NCBI GenBank assembly: GCA_964016885.1
Contig: OZ024747.1
Location: forward strand, 42,098,001-42,162,000
Reading direction: 5' to 3'
DNA from: Eledone cirrhosa
Lineage: Eukaryota
Length of the DNA stretch: 64,000 bases
Notes under the pieces: model-generated
Told to the model about the DNA's origin: nothing
What the model saw: the letters and a program-made list of their open reading frames with translations, nothing else
Databases searched by the model: none
Made by a program: the position numbers and the translations under genes
Shown here: positions 61,783-64,000 of the stretch, piece by piece
How positions within the stretch are numbered: the stretch's first letter is position 1
Layout: the number at the start of each line of letters is the position of its first letter

Positions 61783-63517
61783 ACATGAAATTTGTAAACA
61801 AGAAATTAGATATTTTCATTTTTTACAGATGAATGTGCAACTTTAACAATGGAAACTCCAATTTTAAGTTTTATATAATATTGTTAGAATTATGTATAAA
61901 TTAAGTAGCTACCAGATGTCAACATCATCATTATCATTTTAACATCTGGTTTTCCTGCTAGCAAAGGTTGGACGGGTCTACATAGCCCAAGTCAGTTCTG
62001 AAGCAGTGGTTACTGATCTCCCAGACAAGTCAAAATTGAAAACTAAGCATATACTTCCCTATGTTTGTCTTAGTGCTACCATAACATCCATATATTTATA
62101 TCAGTGCTATCATAACTTCCATTGTTTCTGCATACATAAGCAAATGTCTTTGTTCCCAGTTCGATAACACCCATATGCATCACCTTTCATGTGGGTTAGC
62201 ATTACACAGTGTGGATCCTGCTTGACTCATTTCTTTTCAGCCTTTGCAGATCTTCCACAGTCAATACTTATATCTCACTACCATGCTATATGGCACTTTG
62301 GATCAATATCTATTGTATGTCTTGTGTATTTTCCAAAAATATCTTATTCTTTGTAATTTTGGTTAAAAGAAAAAGCTGGTGAAATTAACTGAAACAGTAA
62401 AGGGCTTATAATATTTAGCTGCACATCTCATTTAGAGTTTAAATCATATCATGTTTGAATTTGCCTGTCATCCTTATGGTGTTTATAAAAGACCATATGT
62501 ATCAGTCATATATTGAGGTTGATCCAGTTAATTATACTTGCTTTAGCCTTGTATGTAATCAATACGAAAGAATTGGTTTTAATTCTCAGCTGAATTAGTT
62601 TTTTGGGGAGAAAGCATGACCTAGCCAAAGGAAACAAATATTGGTTAAAGTTATAGAATTTTTCATATTTTTGAATATTTCAGAAAATATTTTCTTAGAT
62701 TTAGTAAGAAAAATCTGTTACTTATATTTATCCTCTTTTAGAATACTTTTTTTCTTTCTTTTGCAGTTGGCTAGCAGTTCTTCACTTTGTGGAAAGGTAA
62801 TTTGACTATTTAATATATCCATTTGCTCATTTATGCTCTTTATGTTGAGGGTTATTAAGTACATTGTCCTGCCAACCAGTAGGTTAGTAGTTCATATCTG
62901 GGTGTAAGCATTTAGCAAAATATAAACCTCCAGTAACCTATTTCCCCTATATGTAAATATGAACTTTAGAGGTGCAAACAGCACTGTTAAAAAACAGGGC
63001 TGTGTAATGTACTGATGAATGTTTTATAAGTTTGCATTGCTGGGTTGAACTATTTAACACTATTTGTCTATTTTGTTTTGAACAAAGAATAAGTAGGATT
63101 AACATGATTCAACATTCAACTAGTTTCATCTGTAGACTTGGCTTGTTGGGTGGTTAGTCTTTCTGTATAGATAAATACATACAACTAATTTGATCAGGAT
63201 CTCAACTGAATTTCATGATATTCCAAAGAAATTAGTTTCAATCAATGGTTAATAACTTTCATTTACATTACTCAAGAGAAGTGTAATATCAGACATTCCC
63301 CCATCTTAGCTATGTGTTCAGTGAATTGCAAAATATAACTTCTTCAGTCAGCCTATGAACTTTTCAGCTCACCCTCGCATGATAAGATGGCTTGATATTG
63401 GAATTTATTTTGAAGACTTGACTAACTGGGAATTTATCAACTCTCCATATTTCTCTCTTTCATACTGTCTCTCTCTTTCTCCTCTGTCTCTCACTCTCTT
63501 TCTCACTCTCCCATACC

Positions 63518-63712
63518 TTAACCCTTTAGCATTTACATTACTCTATATATAGTATTGCATTTTTGTGGTAAAGGTTTTATCTTACATAATTATCTCACAT
63601 AATATTGAATCTATAAGGTTTTGATATTATTCATTTTGAGAACAATACCTTAACATCAGTATGAGTGGCCAGTTATTGCTAGTTTGAACTAGTTTAAATG
63701 CTAAAGTGTTAA
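63518..63712. mobile_element. piggyBac-like MITE, same family as 60303
   Basis: ttaa-ccctttagcattta ... taaatgctaaagtg-ttaa. Confidence 0.75.
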
Positions 63713-63941
63713 TACACACATACTCCAGAAATTGAAAATTATTCACTAAAAGTAAAAGAAAAAAATGAAATAAAATGTATTTTTCAATATTTTCTTAAAA
63801 TATTGAGACAGTATTGGATTTGCAAAATCAGTAGAGCACTGAACAAAATACCTTGTGGTATTTAGGTATATCTGTTTACATATTAAGTTCAAATTTCCCC
63901 AAAGTTGATTTGATCTTTCATCCTTAGGGGTTTGCTAAAAT

Positions 63942-64000
63942 AATTGTTTCTACTTTTGGCACAAGGCCAGCAATTACCCAGTGCATTACTGGTACTTTAT
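63942..64000 (-). mobile_element. SINE 3' end running off the window
   Basis: aattgtttctacttttggcacaaggccagcaatta, as at 40888. Confidence 0.8.

Overview
Eukaryotic (animal) genomic DNA. The repeat families (tRNA-derived Nin-DC/CORE-type SINEs, RTE LINEs with (ATG)n tails, very long TA microsatellites) look like octopus/cephalopod, but this is inference. Bases 1-35.2 kb are a (TA)n-variant microsatellite field holding a nest of retroelements from five lineages: an R4/Dong-like RLE element, three RTE LINEs (the two that show the RT C-terminal half carry a PHD finger inside the RT region), a Naiad-like Penelope element, a full-length L1/Tx1 element and a CR1-like element. The field also holds several short non-coding elements carrying type I hammerhead ribozyme (HHR) motifs that the ORF track does not show. 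The most striking is a ~2.7-copy, 310-bp, highly structured tandem repeat at 18.8-19.7 kb with one HHR per unit, a candidate retrozyme/circular-RNA locus. Bases 35.2-64 kb are ordinary repeat-rich sequence with SINEs, MITEs, decayed LINEs, one intact intronless cytoplasmic poly(A)-binding protein gene (probable retrogene) and a few weak candidate exons. All ribozyme calls come from folding by eye, and activity is untested.
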